Assembly: GCA_022071945.1 (NCBI GenBank)
Contig: JAJVIN010000019.1
Location: 15,637-79,636, forward strand
Source of the DNA: Thermoanaerobaculia bacterium
GTDB lineage: Bacteria > Acidobacteriota > Thermoanaerobaculia > UBA5066
DNA length: 64,000 nucleotides
Direction: 5' to 3'
Shown: one piece after another, positions 38,402-47,801 of the stretch
Numbering within the stretch: the stretch's first letter is position 1
Layout: every line of letters starts with the position of its first letter
The notes under the pieces: model-generated
The model's database searches: none
The model's input: the letters and a program-made list of their open reading frames with translations, nothing else
Told to the model about the DNA's origin: nothing
Program-made: the position numbers and the translations under genes

Positions 38402-39871
38402 ATGTCCTTGTCAGACTACGAATCCGTCATCGGTCTGGAGGTCCACTGTCAGCTCAAGACGAGGACGAAGGCCTTCTGCGCCTGTCCCGTCGTCTTCGGA
38501 GCCGAGGCGAACTCATCCGTTTGCCCCGTCTGCCTCGGGTATCCCGGTGTCTTGCCCGTCATCAACCGGGAAATGGTCTCTCTCGCGCTCCGGGTCGCCC
38601 TGGCCGCGGGGTGCGAGATCGCGCCCGAGTCGGTCTTTGCCCGCAAGAACTACTTCTATCCGGATCTCCCCAAGGGCTACCAGATCTCGCAGTACGACCG
38701 GCCGCTCGCCACGGGCGGCGGACTGACGGTCACGACTCCTGAGGGCGAGAAGTTCATCCGCCTCACGAGGATCCATCTGGAGGAGGACGCGGGGAAATCG
38801 ATGCACGAGTTCCCGTGGGAGGACGTCTCGGCGAGCTCGTCTCTCGTGGATCTCAACCGGGCAGGCACCCCCCTCATCGAGATCGTCTCCGAGCCCGACC
38901 TGCGCTCGGGGGACGAGGCGTACGAGTACCTCGTGAAGCTCCGCCGTCTCGTCCGCTGGGTGGACGCCTCGGACGGCAACATGGAGGAGGGGTCGCTCCG
39001 CTGCGACGCCAACGTCTCGATCCGGAGGAAAGGGGAGACCACGCTGGGGACGAAGGTCGAGATCAAGAACCTCAACTCGATCGCGCACGTGAGAAGGGCG
39101 ATCGAGCACGAGGCGGCCCGGCAAGCCGAGAGCCTCGACAAGGGGAGGCCGGTGGTGCAGGAGACGCGCCTGTGGCAGCCCGATTCCCAGACGACGCGTC
39201 CGATGCGGTCCAAGGAAGAAGCGATGGACTATCGCTACTTCCCCGATCCGGACCTCGGAACCCTCGTCGTTTCCCGGGATTGGATCGACGAGGTGAGGCG
39301 AAGCCTTCCCGAGCTGCCGGAAGCCCGCGGCGCGTCGCTGGCCTCTCGCCACGGGCTCTCGCCCCAGGATGCCGCGCTCTTGACCCTCTCGCGGCCGTTC
39401 GCCGACGCCTTCGAACGGGCGGTCTCGTTCCATCCCGCCAATCCGAAGGGAATCGCGAACTGGCTCCTCTCCGAGATCCTGGCCCGGATGTCCGACGCGG
39501 ACAGGCAAGCGGGGAAGATCCCCGTGCCCGCCGAGAATCTCGCCAGCCTCGTTTCGCGCATCGACGACGGGACGATCTCAGGCAAGATCGCCAAGGAGCT
39601 CCTGGCCCTGATGATCGACACGGGAAAGACCCCGGACGACCTCATCACCGAGAAGGGTCTCAGGCAGGTGACGGATGAGGGTCTCCTTGGCGACACGGTT
39701 AGGAAGGTGGTCGAGGCCAACCCCCAGCAGGTGGCCGCGTACCGCGGGGGAAAGGCGGCGGCGTTCGGCTGGTTCGTCGGGCAGGTGATGAAGGCCACCG
39801 GCGGGAAGGCCAATCCGGCCGTCGTCAACCAGCTCCTCCGGCAGGCGCTGGACGCGCCGCAGGAAGGCTGA
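38402..39871 (+). CDS. gatB: Asp/Glu-tRNA amidotransferase subunit B
   Basis: VIGLEVHCQL, RKNYFYPDLPKGYQISQ, HLEEDAGK, RCDANVS, YRYFPDPDL. Confidence 0.97.
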   Translation: MSLSDYESVIGLEVHCQLKTRTKAFCACPVVFGAEANSSVCPVCLGYPGVLPVINREMVSLALRVALAAGCEIAPESVFARKNYFYPDLPKGYQISQYDRPLATGGGLTVTTPEGEKFIRLTRIHLEEDAGKSMHEFPWEDVSASSSLVDLNRAGTPLIEIVSEPDLRSGDEAYEYLVKLRRLVRWVDASDGNMEEGSLRCDANVSIRRKGETTLGTKVEIKNLNSIAHVRRAIEHEAARQAESLDKGRPVVQETRLWQPDSQTTRPMRSKEEAMDYRYFPDPDLGTLVVSRDWIDEVRRSLPELPEARGASLASRHGLSPQDAALLTLSRPFADAFERAVSFHPANPKGIANWLLSEILARMSDADRQAGKIPVPAENLASLVSRIDDGTISGKIAKELLALMIDTGKTPDDLITEKGLRQVTDEGLLGDTVRKVVEANPQQVAAYRGGKAAAFGWFVGQVMKATGGKANPAVVNQLLRQALDAPQEG

Positions 39872-39899
39872 TCGGCGTGGGCGATCCGGGTCTCCTTTC

Positions 39900-40655
39900 G
39901 TGATCGAGTTCTCGCGGGTGACAAAGGAGTACCGGGGACGCCGGGTCCTCAGAGACGTCACGTTTTTGATCCGGCGCGGAGAGTTCGTCTTTCTCACCGG
40001 TCCCTCGGGCGCGGGGAAGTCCACGCTCCTGAAGCTCATCTATCACGCGGAGCAGCCGACGTCGGGCCGGATCGTGGTGAACGGCACCGAGGTCGCCTCG
40101 CTGTCGCCCGGCAAGACGGCCGAGCTCCGCCGGTCGATGGGCATCGTCTTTCAGGACTACAAGCTCCTCCCGGATCGGACCGTCGCCGAGAACGTGTCGT
40201 TTGTCCTGAAGTTCCTCGGCATGCCCGCGGCGGAGAGAAAGAAGCGGACCTACCAGGCGCTCAGGCTCGTCGAGCTCCACCATCGCCAGACCGCGCTCCC
40301 GGAGGAGCTCTCGGGCGGAGAGCAGCAGCGGGTCGCCCTCGCGCGGGCCCTCGTGAACGAGCCCGAGCTCCTCATCGCCGACGAGCCCACCGGCAACCTC
40401 GACGCGCGGCTGGCGACCGAGATGATGAAGCTCTTTTCGGCCATCAACATCCGGGGGACCACGGTCCTGGTGGCGACGCACGACCAGGCGCTGATCAAGG
40501 AAACAGGGAAGCGGACCCTGACCCTCGACCGCGGGATGGTGCTCGGGGAGGGCGAGAAGGTCTCCCTGCCTCCGCAGGCGCTCGGAAAGCGCGACCCCGC
40601 CGAGACTCTCGGGCACGAGCCGAGATGGCGGGACAGAACGGAGCCCGGCGGATGA
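39900..40655 (+). CDS. ftsE: Cell division ATP-binding protein FtsE
   Basis: FLTGPSGAGKST, VFQDYKLL, LSGGEQQRV, IADEPTGNLD; precedes ftsX. Confidence 0.9.
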   Translation: MIEFSRVTKEYRGRRVLRDVTFLIRRGEFVFLTGPSGAGKSTLLKLIYHAEQPTSGRIVVNGTEVASLSPGKTAELRRSMGIVFQDYKLLPDRTVAENVSFVLKFLGMPAAERKKRTYQALRLVELHHRQTALPEELSGGEQQRVALARALVNEPELLIADEPTGNLDARLATEMMKLFSAINIRGTTVLVATHDQALIKETGKRTLTLDRGMVLGEGEKVSLPPQALGKRDPAETLGHEPRWRDRTEPGG

Positions 40656-41557
40656 AGACGTCCTCGGCGACGTTCACGCTTCTGGACGAGGCGTTCAGCG
40701 GGATCTGGCGAGCCCGGCGGATGGTCCTTTTGTCCGTCCTGCAGATCGGAGTCTCGATCTACCTCGTCGGCGTCTTCTTGCTCTTTGCCGAGAATCTTTC
40801 CGGGATCACCGAGACCGTCCGGGACGAGAGCGCGATCACGGTCTACTTCCGGCCCTCCTCGACGAGCGTGGAGCGCGAGAACCTGGAGAAGTTCGCCCGC
40901 GATTCGCACTATGTCTCGGCGGTCCGCGCCGTCTCGTCCGCGGAGGTGAGGAAGCGCTTCATCACGTCGTGGAGCTCGCTCGCCACCGCGGCGACGTCGG
41001 TGGAACCCAACCCCTTCCCCGACACCGTCGAGCTCGATCTGCTGCCCGATGCCCTGGTTTCGAGATCCCTGCCCGGCTTCCTGACGAGGCTCGCCGCCCA
41101 GCCGGGAGTCGATGACGTCCAGTTCGACGTGGAGTGGATCAGGAGGCTGCGCGGAGTCGTGACCCTCATCCAGACCGCGGGGGCGTTCCTCGGCCTCATC
41201 CTGGCTCTCGGGGCGGCCTTCACGATCGCCAACGTCGTCCGCCTGACGATCCTTCTGCACCAAGACGAGATCGAGATCCTCAGGCTCGTCGGCGCTCCGG
41301 AGTTCCTCATACGGGGTCCCTTCGTCGGCGGGGGTGTCGTGCAGGGGTTTCTGGGGGCGCTCCTCGCGCTCGGTCTCCTGGCGCTCTCGTTCCATGGGGT
41401 GATCCGGTACGTCGCGGCCACCAAGAACGTCCTGCTCGGGGTCTTCGTCGTGAAGTTCCTCCCGCTCGGGCCGTCGCTCCTGCTCGTTTCGGGGGGCGTT
41501 CTCGCGGGTCTCCTCGGGGGCCTTCTGGCGGTCAGGCGCCGGCACATCCACGGCTGA
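40652..41557 (+). CDS. ftsX: Cell division permease FtsX
   Basis: NPFPDT, IANVVRLTI..DEIEILRLVGA..FLIRGPF. Confidence 0.88.
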   Translation: MKTSSATFTLLDEAFSGIWRARRMVLLSVLQIGVSIYLVGVFLLFAENLSGITETVRDESAITVYFRPSSTSVERENLEKFARDSHYVSAVRAVSSAEVRKRFITSWSSLATAATSVEPNPFPDTVELDLLPDALVSRSLPGFLTRLAAQPGVDDVQFDVEWIRRLRGVVTLIQTAGAFLGLILALGAAFTIANVVRLTILLHQDEIEILRLVGAPEFLIRGPFVGGGVVQGFLGALLALGLLALSFHGVIRYVAATKNVLLGVFVVKFLPLGPSLLLVSGGVLAGLLGGLLAVRRRHIHG

Positions 41558-41639
41558 GGATTCCGTCCCGAGACGGTGCGACCCCACTCCCCCTTCCCGT
41601 CTCGGGAAGGGGGAGGCAGGAGGTCGGGCCGGGGCCGGG

Positions 41640-42671
41640 CTAGCTCGCCCTGGGCTGCCGGTACCGGCGAACGACGCCCGGAATCAGGTACTCCGAGAAG
41701 GCCCGGTTGAGATCGTAAGACGCTTTCCAGCCCCAGTCGGAGCGGGCGGCTCTGTCATCCACGTCCTGGGGCCAGCTGTCGACGATGCTCTGCCGGCGCA
41801 GGTCGGGAGAAAAGCTCGTCTCGACGGCCGGGAAGGCGGCGTGGACGATCGAGACCACCTCGCCCGCCGAGGGGTTGAAGGCTCCGATGTTGTAGACCTG
41901 CCGCGTCAGATTTTCACGCGGGGCTGCCTCGAGCTCGAGAAGCGCCTTGATCGCGTCGGGCATCGCCATGAACGGGATCCGCGTGTCCTCGCGCACGAAG
42001 CAGGCGTAGGGCTCCTTCTGGGCGGCGTGGTGGAGGATCTCGGGCGCGAAGTCGGAGGTGCCGCCGGTCGGGACGGTTGCGGCGCTGATCAGGCCGGGGA
42101 ATCGCAGACCGCGGAAGTCGACGCGCCCCTTCGGAGGCTGCGCATCGAGCTGCCGGTAGTAGCTCGAGTAGTAGCGGCCCAGCTCCTCGCAGTAGAGCTT
42201 GTTGATGCCGTACATCGTCCGCGGCTTGAGGTGGGAGTCCTCGGGCACCGCGCCCGCGGCCGCCTTGATCTCGAGGGAGGGGAGCCCGTAGACGGCAATC
42301 GAGCTCGGGTAGAGGAACTTGATCTCGCGGCCCTGCAACCGGGACTGGCCCATCGCCATCTCGAGGAGGTTGAGAGTTCCGTCCACGTTGACGCGGTGGG
42401 CGAGCGTGGGCTGGCGCTCCGACTTCGTCGAGAGGAGGGCGGCGAGGTGGTAGATCGAGTCGAAATCGTAGGCGGCGGACAGGCTCTCGAGCAGGCCCGC
42501 GTCCAGGATGTCCCCGGTGGCGGTGCGGTAGCAGCGGGAGCGCAGGGGCTCCTCGATGGCATGGAGGTCGAGCGCGATGATGCGCACGTCGGCCAGATCA
42601 CTCAGGTGCGTGATCAGGCCGCGACCGATCTCGCCGTTGGCTCCGGTGAGGAGAATCGTCTTGATCTGCAT
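41640..42671 (-). CDS. NAD-dependent epimerase/SDR, L-threonine 3-dehydrogenase-like
   Basis: LTGANGEIG, HLAALLS, PSSIAVYG, MYGINK, RFPGLIS..PTGGTSD. Confidence 0.85.
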   Translation of the reverse strand: MQIKTILLTGANGEIGRGLITHLSDLADVRIIALDLHAIEEPLRSRCYRTATGDILDAGLLESLSAAYDFDSIYHLAALLSTKSERQPTLAHRVNVDGTLNLLEMAMGQSRLQGREIKFLYPSSIAVYGLPSLEIKAAAGAVPEDSHLKPRTMYGINKLYCEELGRYYSSYYRQLDAQPPKGRVDFRGLRFPGLISAATVPTGGTSDFAPEILHHAAQKEPYACFVREDTRIPFMAMPDAIKALLELEAAPRENLTRQVYNIGAFNPSAGEVVSIVHAAFPAVETSFSPDLRRQSIVDSWPQDVDDRAARSDWGWKASYDLNRAFSEYLIPGVVRRYRQPRAS

Positions 42672-42759
42672 GGCAGCTTTCTCCCGGTTCGTTTCGGGGT
42701 GCCACTCGGGGCACCCTCTGGGGCCGGCCAATGGGCACGGACCACCTTGAGCCGGAAGC

Positions 42760-43917
42760 TTAGCTGTTCTGGGGCTCCTTGTCCGGGGCGGGTTCCTCCG
42801 TCACGGGGTCGGGGGTCCGCTCTCCCAGGAGCGCGGCCCAGGGAGCGAAGCGCTCGAACCTCTCGGAAACGACCTTCACCGTGGCGGTGAGGGGAACGGC
42901 GAGGATCGCGCCCGGAACGCCCCAGAGGATGCCCCAGAAGAGGAAGGCCACCATGACGGCGAGCGGGTGCAGCTTGACCCGGCTCCCCACGATGAAGGGA
43001 GTCAGGACGTTCCCCTCGATGAACTGGACGACCGAGTAAAAGACCAGGACCTTGATGGCCAGGGAGGCGTCCTGCGTCGTGACGATGGCGATGAGAAGCG
43101 CGGGGGTCGTCGAGAAGATCACGCCAACGTAGGGGACGAGAACACACAGGCCGGCCATGGGACCGAGGACGTAGCTGTAGGGGACCTTGAGCACGAGGAG
43201 GCCGGCCGTCGTCACGCACGCCGTGATGAGGACGACGAAGAGTTCGCCCAAGACGTATCCGGAGAGAACTCGCGCCACTCCCTCGGCAAAGTCGCTCGCC
43301 GCTCGCCCTCCCTTGATTCGCAGGATGCGCGTGATGGCTCCCGCGTACTTCTCCCTGTCCTTCAGCATGAAGAAGACCAGCATCGGGACGGCGGCGGCGT
43401 AGAGGAAGAGCGAGAAGACGGTCCGGAGCTGGAGCACCACCCTCGAGAGGGAGTCGATCGCCCTTTCCTCCAGCTTGACCGCCCGGACGGAGCGGTCGGC
43501 CTCGGGGAGGAGCCGGCGTGTCTGCTCCTCGAACTTCGCGAAGAACCCCTGCGCGAGCTGGGTGTAGGACTGCAGCCGCCGGGAGTACTCGGGCCAGTTT
43601 TCCGCGAAGGCCTGGGCCTGCTGCAGGGCGTTCGCCACGAAGAACACCATCAGCGCGAAGAGCAAGAGGAGCACGATCAGGATGGCGAGGAAGCGCGGGA
43701 GCTTGATCCGCTCCAGAAGCTCGACGAACGGGTGGATGGCGAAGGAGAGAAAGAGCGCGAAGAAGAAGGTGACGAAAAGGACCTTGCCGTACCAGAGCAG
43801 GCCGACGGCGGCCGCGGTGCCGATGACCACGAGCGCGCGGGAACGAAAAACCCCGCCCGGGGCGGGGTAGTTTCCGGTGGAGAAGGTCCCGGATGCGAAG
43901 ACACCACTCTTGGTCAA
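42760..43917 (-). CDS. AI-2E family transporter
   Basis: Multiple TMs; VPYVG, VVQFIEGNVLTP..VGSRVKLHP, WGVPGAILAVP. Confidence 0.88.
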   Translation of the reverse strand: MTKSGVFASGTFSTGNYPAPGGVFRSRALVVIGTAAAVGLLWYGKVLFVTFFFALFLSFAIHPFVELLERIKLPRFLAILIVLLLLFALMVFFVANALQQAQAFAENWPEYSRRLQSYTQLAQGFFAKFEEQTRRLLPEADRSVRAVKLEERAIDSLSRVVLQLRTVFSLFLYAAAVPMLVFFMLKDREKYAGAITRILRIKGGRAASDFAEGVARVLSGYVLGELFVVLITACVTTAGLLVLKVPYSYVLGPMAGLCVLVPYVGVIFSTTPALLIAIVTTQDASLAIKVLVFYSVVQFIEGNVLTPFIVGSRVKLHPLAVMVAFLFWGILWGVPGAILAVPLTATVKVVSERFERFAPWAALLGERTPDPVTEEPAPDKEPQNS

Positions 43918-43983
43918 ACTGCGGCCTGCCTCAAGGTGAGGGTAAGGGCCGGGCGGCCCTGGCTGGGGCTGCCCGGCGGCGTG

Positions 43984-45330
43984 TCAGCGGAAGGAAACCT
44001 GAACGACGGCGGCCCGGTTGCGGGTGGGGTCCTGGCTCAGCGGCTCGGACTTGGTCTCGACCTTGATCCGGGAAGCGTCGATTCCGTGACGCTTGACGAG
44101 GTACTCCTTGGCCGCCTCGGCGCGCGAGGAAGCGAGGGCGCCCTTGTCCTTGACCTTCTCGGAGGCGTCGGCGTAACCCGTGACCGTGCAGATGGCGGAG
44201 AGGTTGTTCTTCAGCCGCAGGGCGACTCCGTCGAGGATGGCCTTGGCGATGTTCGTCAGCCGGTTCTTGGCGGGGTCGAAGAGGATCTCGTCGCTCGTGG
44301 AGGTCTCGCCCTTCGGGGACTGGGGAGCCTCGACCACGGGAGCGGGGGCGGGAGCCGGCGGCGGAGCCGTTGCCGGAGCGGGGGCCGGAGCCGGCTCCTC
44401 GACGGGAGCGGCGACCTTCGCCTTCTCTTCCTGGAAGGGCCACGGCAGATAGGCGACCTGGAGCACGAATCCAAAGTTGGTCGGGTCGGTCCCGTACTTG
44501 TGCCAGCGGTCGATGTTGGCGCGCAGAGCGCCCGAGGCGGAGAAGCCGCTCTTGCCGAAGCCGACGCGGGCGCCGAGGAGGGCCTCGGAGTAGTCATCGG
44601 GCTTCGAATCACCGCCATCGTAGTGGGTCCGGTTGAGCTCCGTGATGACGGCGAGCACGTTCGGGATCACTCTCCAGTTGAAACCCATTCCGAAGAAGAG
44701 CTCGTTCGGAACGTCGAACTCGGAACCCCTGTTCCCGGCGAGGAGGTAGGACGTCTGGAATGTGAAGGCCTTGTAGTTGAAGGACAGACCCATGTCCCAG
44801 TCCGTGCGGTAGGTCGAAAGGGCCTCCGGGTCGTTCTTCGACTGGAGGGGAATCGTGAATCCCCCGATCAGGGCGATCTTGACAGGGTCCTTCGTCGTGA
44901 GCAGGGCCTTTGTCCCGAAACGGAGTTTGTCGGATTCCGTGTGACGGATGTGGCCGTACCGCTCGTAGCCGTTGATGGAGCCCGCCCAGGGGCGGTCATC
45001 GGCGTAGGTCGTGCGGGGCCCGGCCGTGAACGAGGCTTCCCAGCGGTTCGTCAGGCCGTAGGCGACCGATATACCCAGCTTGCCCGTGTCGTAACGCAAC
45101 GGATCGTCGGGCTGCGGCCCGTAGACGAGCGACGGCGCGGCCGTCTTCGCCCACTGGCTGTAGGAAAGTCCGAAAGAAAAGTGGCCGGTCGGTACGATCT
45201 CGGCATTTTTCAGCTCGATCAGGCCCGTTTCGCCCGTGATCGTGGGGCCGACTTGCGCGAACAGAGCAGGCGCCGCCGCCAATAGGAGCACGGCCACGGC
45301 GATCAGCAATCCGGTCCGCATCCGTTGCAT
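43984..45330 (-). CDS. Outer-membrane beta-barrel protein with C-terminal OmpA domain
   Basis: Signal peptide; barrel-like region; PA-rich linker; ILFD, VTGYAD, LASSRAEAAKEYL, NRAA. Confidence 0.85.
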   Translation of the reverse strand: MQRMRTGLLIAVAVLLLAAAPALFAQVGPTITGETGLIELKNAEIVPTGHFSFGLSYSQWAKTAAPSLVYGPQPDDPLRYDTGKLGISVAYGLTNRWEASFTAGPRTTYADDRPWAGSINGYERYGHIRHTESDKLRFGTKALLTTKDPVKIALIGGFTIPLQSKNDPEALSTYRTDWDMGLSFNYKAFTFQTSYLLAGNRGSEFDVPNELFFGMGFNWRVIPNVLAVITELNRTHYDGGDSKPDDYSEALLGARVGFGKSGFSASGALRANIDRWHKYGTDPTNFGFVLQVAYLPWPFQEEKAKVAAPVEEPAPAPAPATAPPPAPAPAPVVEAPQSPKGETSTSDEILFDPAKNRLTNIAKAILDGVALRLKNNLSAICTVTGYADASEKVKDKGALASSRAEAAKEYLVKRHGIDASRIKVETKSEPLSQDPTRNRAAVVQVSFR

Positions 45331-45465
45331 TGAATCTCCTCTTCGCCGGCCCCGGGACTCGGCGGGCGGCTTCGTCGGTTGCTGACGAAACCTCTCCCTG
45401 TTCCGGTGGCAGGAACGTTTTTCAATGAGTCTAGCGCGAGGCCCCGATTTCGCCAAGCGAAACCA

Positions 45466-45494
45466 GAAACCGGAGCCCTGTGGACTCCGGTTTC
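45466..45494 (-). terminator. Probable rho-independent terminator
   Basis: GAAACCGGAG/CTCCGGTTTC 10-bp stem downstream of the DUF4388 gene, with a T-rich tail on the minus strand. Confidence 0.5.
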
Positions 45495-45525
45495 AGAGGC
45501 GAAGCTGGACATTTCCTCGCGGATT

Positions 45526-46425
45526 CTAAAGAAGCGGCGTCATCTTCTCGTGAAAGATGATGGCGGCCTCGCGCCCCCTTATGGAGGCGACGCTCTGCTC
45601 GAGGGTCCGGATGAGTTCCCGGACCACCTCGAGTCCCCGGCCCTTGTCGACCTCGGCGAGGGCCAGACGGTAGAGCCGGTCAATGGCCGGGTCGCCCGGA
45701 GACAGGGCGGCGCTCTCGGCCTCCTGCTTGACCTTCGTGCAGAGGATCTGCAGGCTCCGCTTCTCGTCGCCTCTCGTGACGGCGTTGAAGACGCCGCTGT
45801 GAGTCGAGACGGTCGGCATCGGCGGCTGCATGGCGGGAACGCCGGGAGCGGGGGCAGGGGCCGCGGGGGCGGGCTTGGGCAACGGCCGGGGCTTGTTGAT
45901 CTCGACGAGCTCGGCGGTGATGAGGCCGTAGAGCGTCTTGGCGACGTCAAAGGCGGGGAGCTTCGTCCCTTTCGCGATGTCGTCGATCGAGCGCTGGCCG
46001 TCGGTCTTCGTCACCACGAGCCACTCGATCGGGGTCAGGGTGACGGGTTCGCTCATGCCCGGGGGGGCGAGGAGGCTCGGGACGTAGTCGGTGGCCGGGA
46101 TCTTCTTCGAGAGGATCTTCCACTCGTCGCTCCGGCGGGCGGCCTCCATCAGAAGGTTCGTGTTCGACCGCGTGATCGTCCGGATCTCGCTCTCGACGCC
46201 GGGCGAGAACTGGAACTCGCCGCTGTTCCAGAGTGACAGCGCGTAGATGGCGTCTTCCCCCTCGATGTCTCCGACCTTCGAGTGGGTGATCTGGCCACCC
46301 TGGATATAGACGGCTCCGGCCTCGGACCCTCGTGTCAACGCGAACATTCCGGTTTTACCGGCGACGGCCACGAGCTGGACGATGTCAGCGAGAGGAAGTT
46401 CTTTCAGGGAGCCTTGGAACGCCAT
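45526..46425 (-). CDS. DUF4388 domain protein
   Basis: MAFQGSLKELPLADIVQLV..KTG, W.SGEFQF, NLLMEAARRSDEW. Confidence 0.85.
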   Translation of the reverse strand: MAFQGSLKELPLADIVQLVAVAGKTGMFALTRGSEAGAVYIQGGQITHSKVGDIEGEDAIYALSLWNSGEFQFSPGVESEIRTITRSNTNLLMEAARRSDEWKILSKKIPATDYVPSLLAPPGMSEPVTLTPIEWLVVTKTDGQRSIDDIAKGTKLPAFDVAKTLYGLITAELVEINKPRPLPKPAPAAPAPAPGVPAMQPPMPTVSTHSGVFNAVTRGDEKRSLQILCTKVKQEAESAALSPGDPAIDRLYRLALAEVDKGRGLEVVRELIRTLEQSVASIRGREAAIIFHEKMTPLL

Positions 46426-46477
46426 GTCGCTCTCTTTCGGTTTCGATGCGTGAAGATAGCATCGGTTGGTCCGTGTC

Positions 46478-47044
46478 TCAACCGGCTGGGCGCCGCTTCC
46501 AGCGCGGGGGAGACGGGGGAGTCGGGTCCGCGGAGACCGTCCGGGGGCCAGACCGGGGGGTCTGGGGTGGCGATTCGGTCAGGATGGCGGCGGTCAGAGC
46601 CACCGCCGCCGCGTCGGTCGCGTCGAGGGCCAGCCTCGAGATGGACTCCTTCTGCGGGAGCCGGGCAAGGACCATTCGACGGACCTGCTCCTTCGAGGCC
46701 CTTCCGGCGCCCGCGATCGTCCTCTTGATCTGGTTCGGCGAGAACTCCCCGATGGGGAGATCAGCCTCGGCGAGCGCCAGGAGAAGGACTCCGCGCGCCT
46801 GTCCGAGAGTGATCAGGCTCTGGGGGTTCACTCCCGAGAACACCCGCTCGATGGCGGCTCGATCTGGACTGTTCCGGGCAATCACGGCCGTCATCTGCCG
46901 GTAGAGCTCCCGGAGCCGCTCGCCGGGCGAGGAAAGCGGCCGGACGCGGATCACGCCGGCCGCCGCGAGAACGCCCGCGCCGCAGGAGTCGATGATGGCC
47001 CACCCGGTTGCCTGGCTACCGGGGTCCACCCCGAGGATGCGCAC
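46478..47044 (-). CDS. ruvC: Holliday junction resolvase
   Basis: ILGVDPGS, AIERVF, LGQARG, GRASKEQV, DATDAAAVA. Confidence 0.95.
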   Translation of the reverse strand: MRILGVDPGSQATGWAIIDSCGAGVLAAAGVIRVRPLSSPGERLRELYRQMTAVIARNSPDRAAIERVFSGVNPQSLITLGQARGVLLLALAEADLPIGEFSPNQIKRTIAGAGRASKEQVRRMVLARLPQKESISRLALDATDAAAVALTAAILTESPPQTPRSGPRTVSADPTPPSPPRWKRRPAG

Positions 47045-47060
47045 GGGGCGTCCCTCTCCA

Positions 47061-47801
47061 TCACCCTTCCAGGTACTGATCCTCGATGTCGCCGTTGCTC
47101 CAGACTTTCTGCACGTCGTCGTGGTCCTCGAGCATCTCGAGGAGCTTGATGAGGCCCGGCGCCTTGTCTCCGACAGCAATCGTGTTCTGCGGGATCATCT
47201 GGAGCTCGGACGTCTGCGTCGGGATGTTCTTCTCTTCGATCTTCGCCTTCACCGGCTCGAACAGGTTCTGCTCGGTCGTGATCTCGAAGACCTCCGAGTC
47301 GTCCGAACGGAAGTCCTCCGCGCCGGCCTCCAGCGCGAGCTCCATGAGCGTGTCTTCCTGCGCCGCCTTCTTCTCGATCGAAATGTAGCCCTTCTTGGAG
47401 AACTGGAACGCCACCGAGTTGGCCGACGCCATGTTCCCGCCGTACTTCGAGAAGATGTGCCGGATCTCGGAGGTCGTCCGGTTCCGGTTGTCCGTCATCG
47501 CCTCGACGAGGATCGCCGCGCCGCCCGGGCCGTATCCCTCGTACAGGACTTCCTCGTAGGTGACGCCCTCGAGCTCACCCGTGCCCCGCTTGATCGCCTT
47601 GTCGATGTTGTCGGCCGGCATCGAGGCCTTCCGGGCGGCTTGCACGGCCGAGCGAAGCCGGGCGTTGGAGTCGATGCTCCCGCCCCCCAGCCTCGCCGAC
47701 ATCGTGATTTCCTTGATGAGTTTCGTGAAGAGGCGGCCTCTCTTGGCGTCGGCTGCGCCCTTCTTGTGTTTGATCGTGCTCCATTTATTGTGTCCGGACA
47801 T
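47061..47801 (-). CDS. yebC: YebC/PmpR family protein
   Basis: MSGHNKWSTIKHKKG, YEGYGPGG, TDNRNRT, DDVQKVWSN. Confidence 0.95.
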   Translation of the reverse strand: MSGHNKWSTIKHKKGAADAKRGRLFTKLIKEITMSARLGGGSIDSNARLRSAVQAARKASMPADNIDKAIKRGTGELEGVTYEEVLYEGYGPGGAAILVEAMTDNRNRTTSEIRHIFSKYGGNMASANSVAFQFSKKGYISIEKKAAQEDTLMELALEAGAEDFRSDDSEVFEITTEQNLFEPVKAKIEEKNIPTQTSELQMIPQNTIAVGDKAPGLIKLLEMLEDHDDVQKVWSNGDIEDQYLEG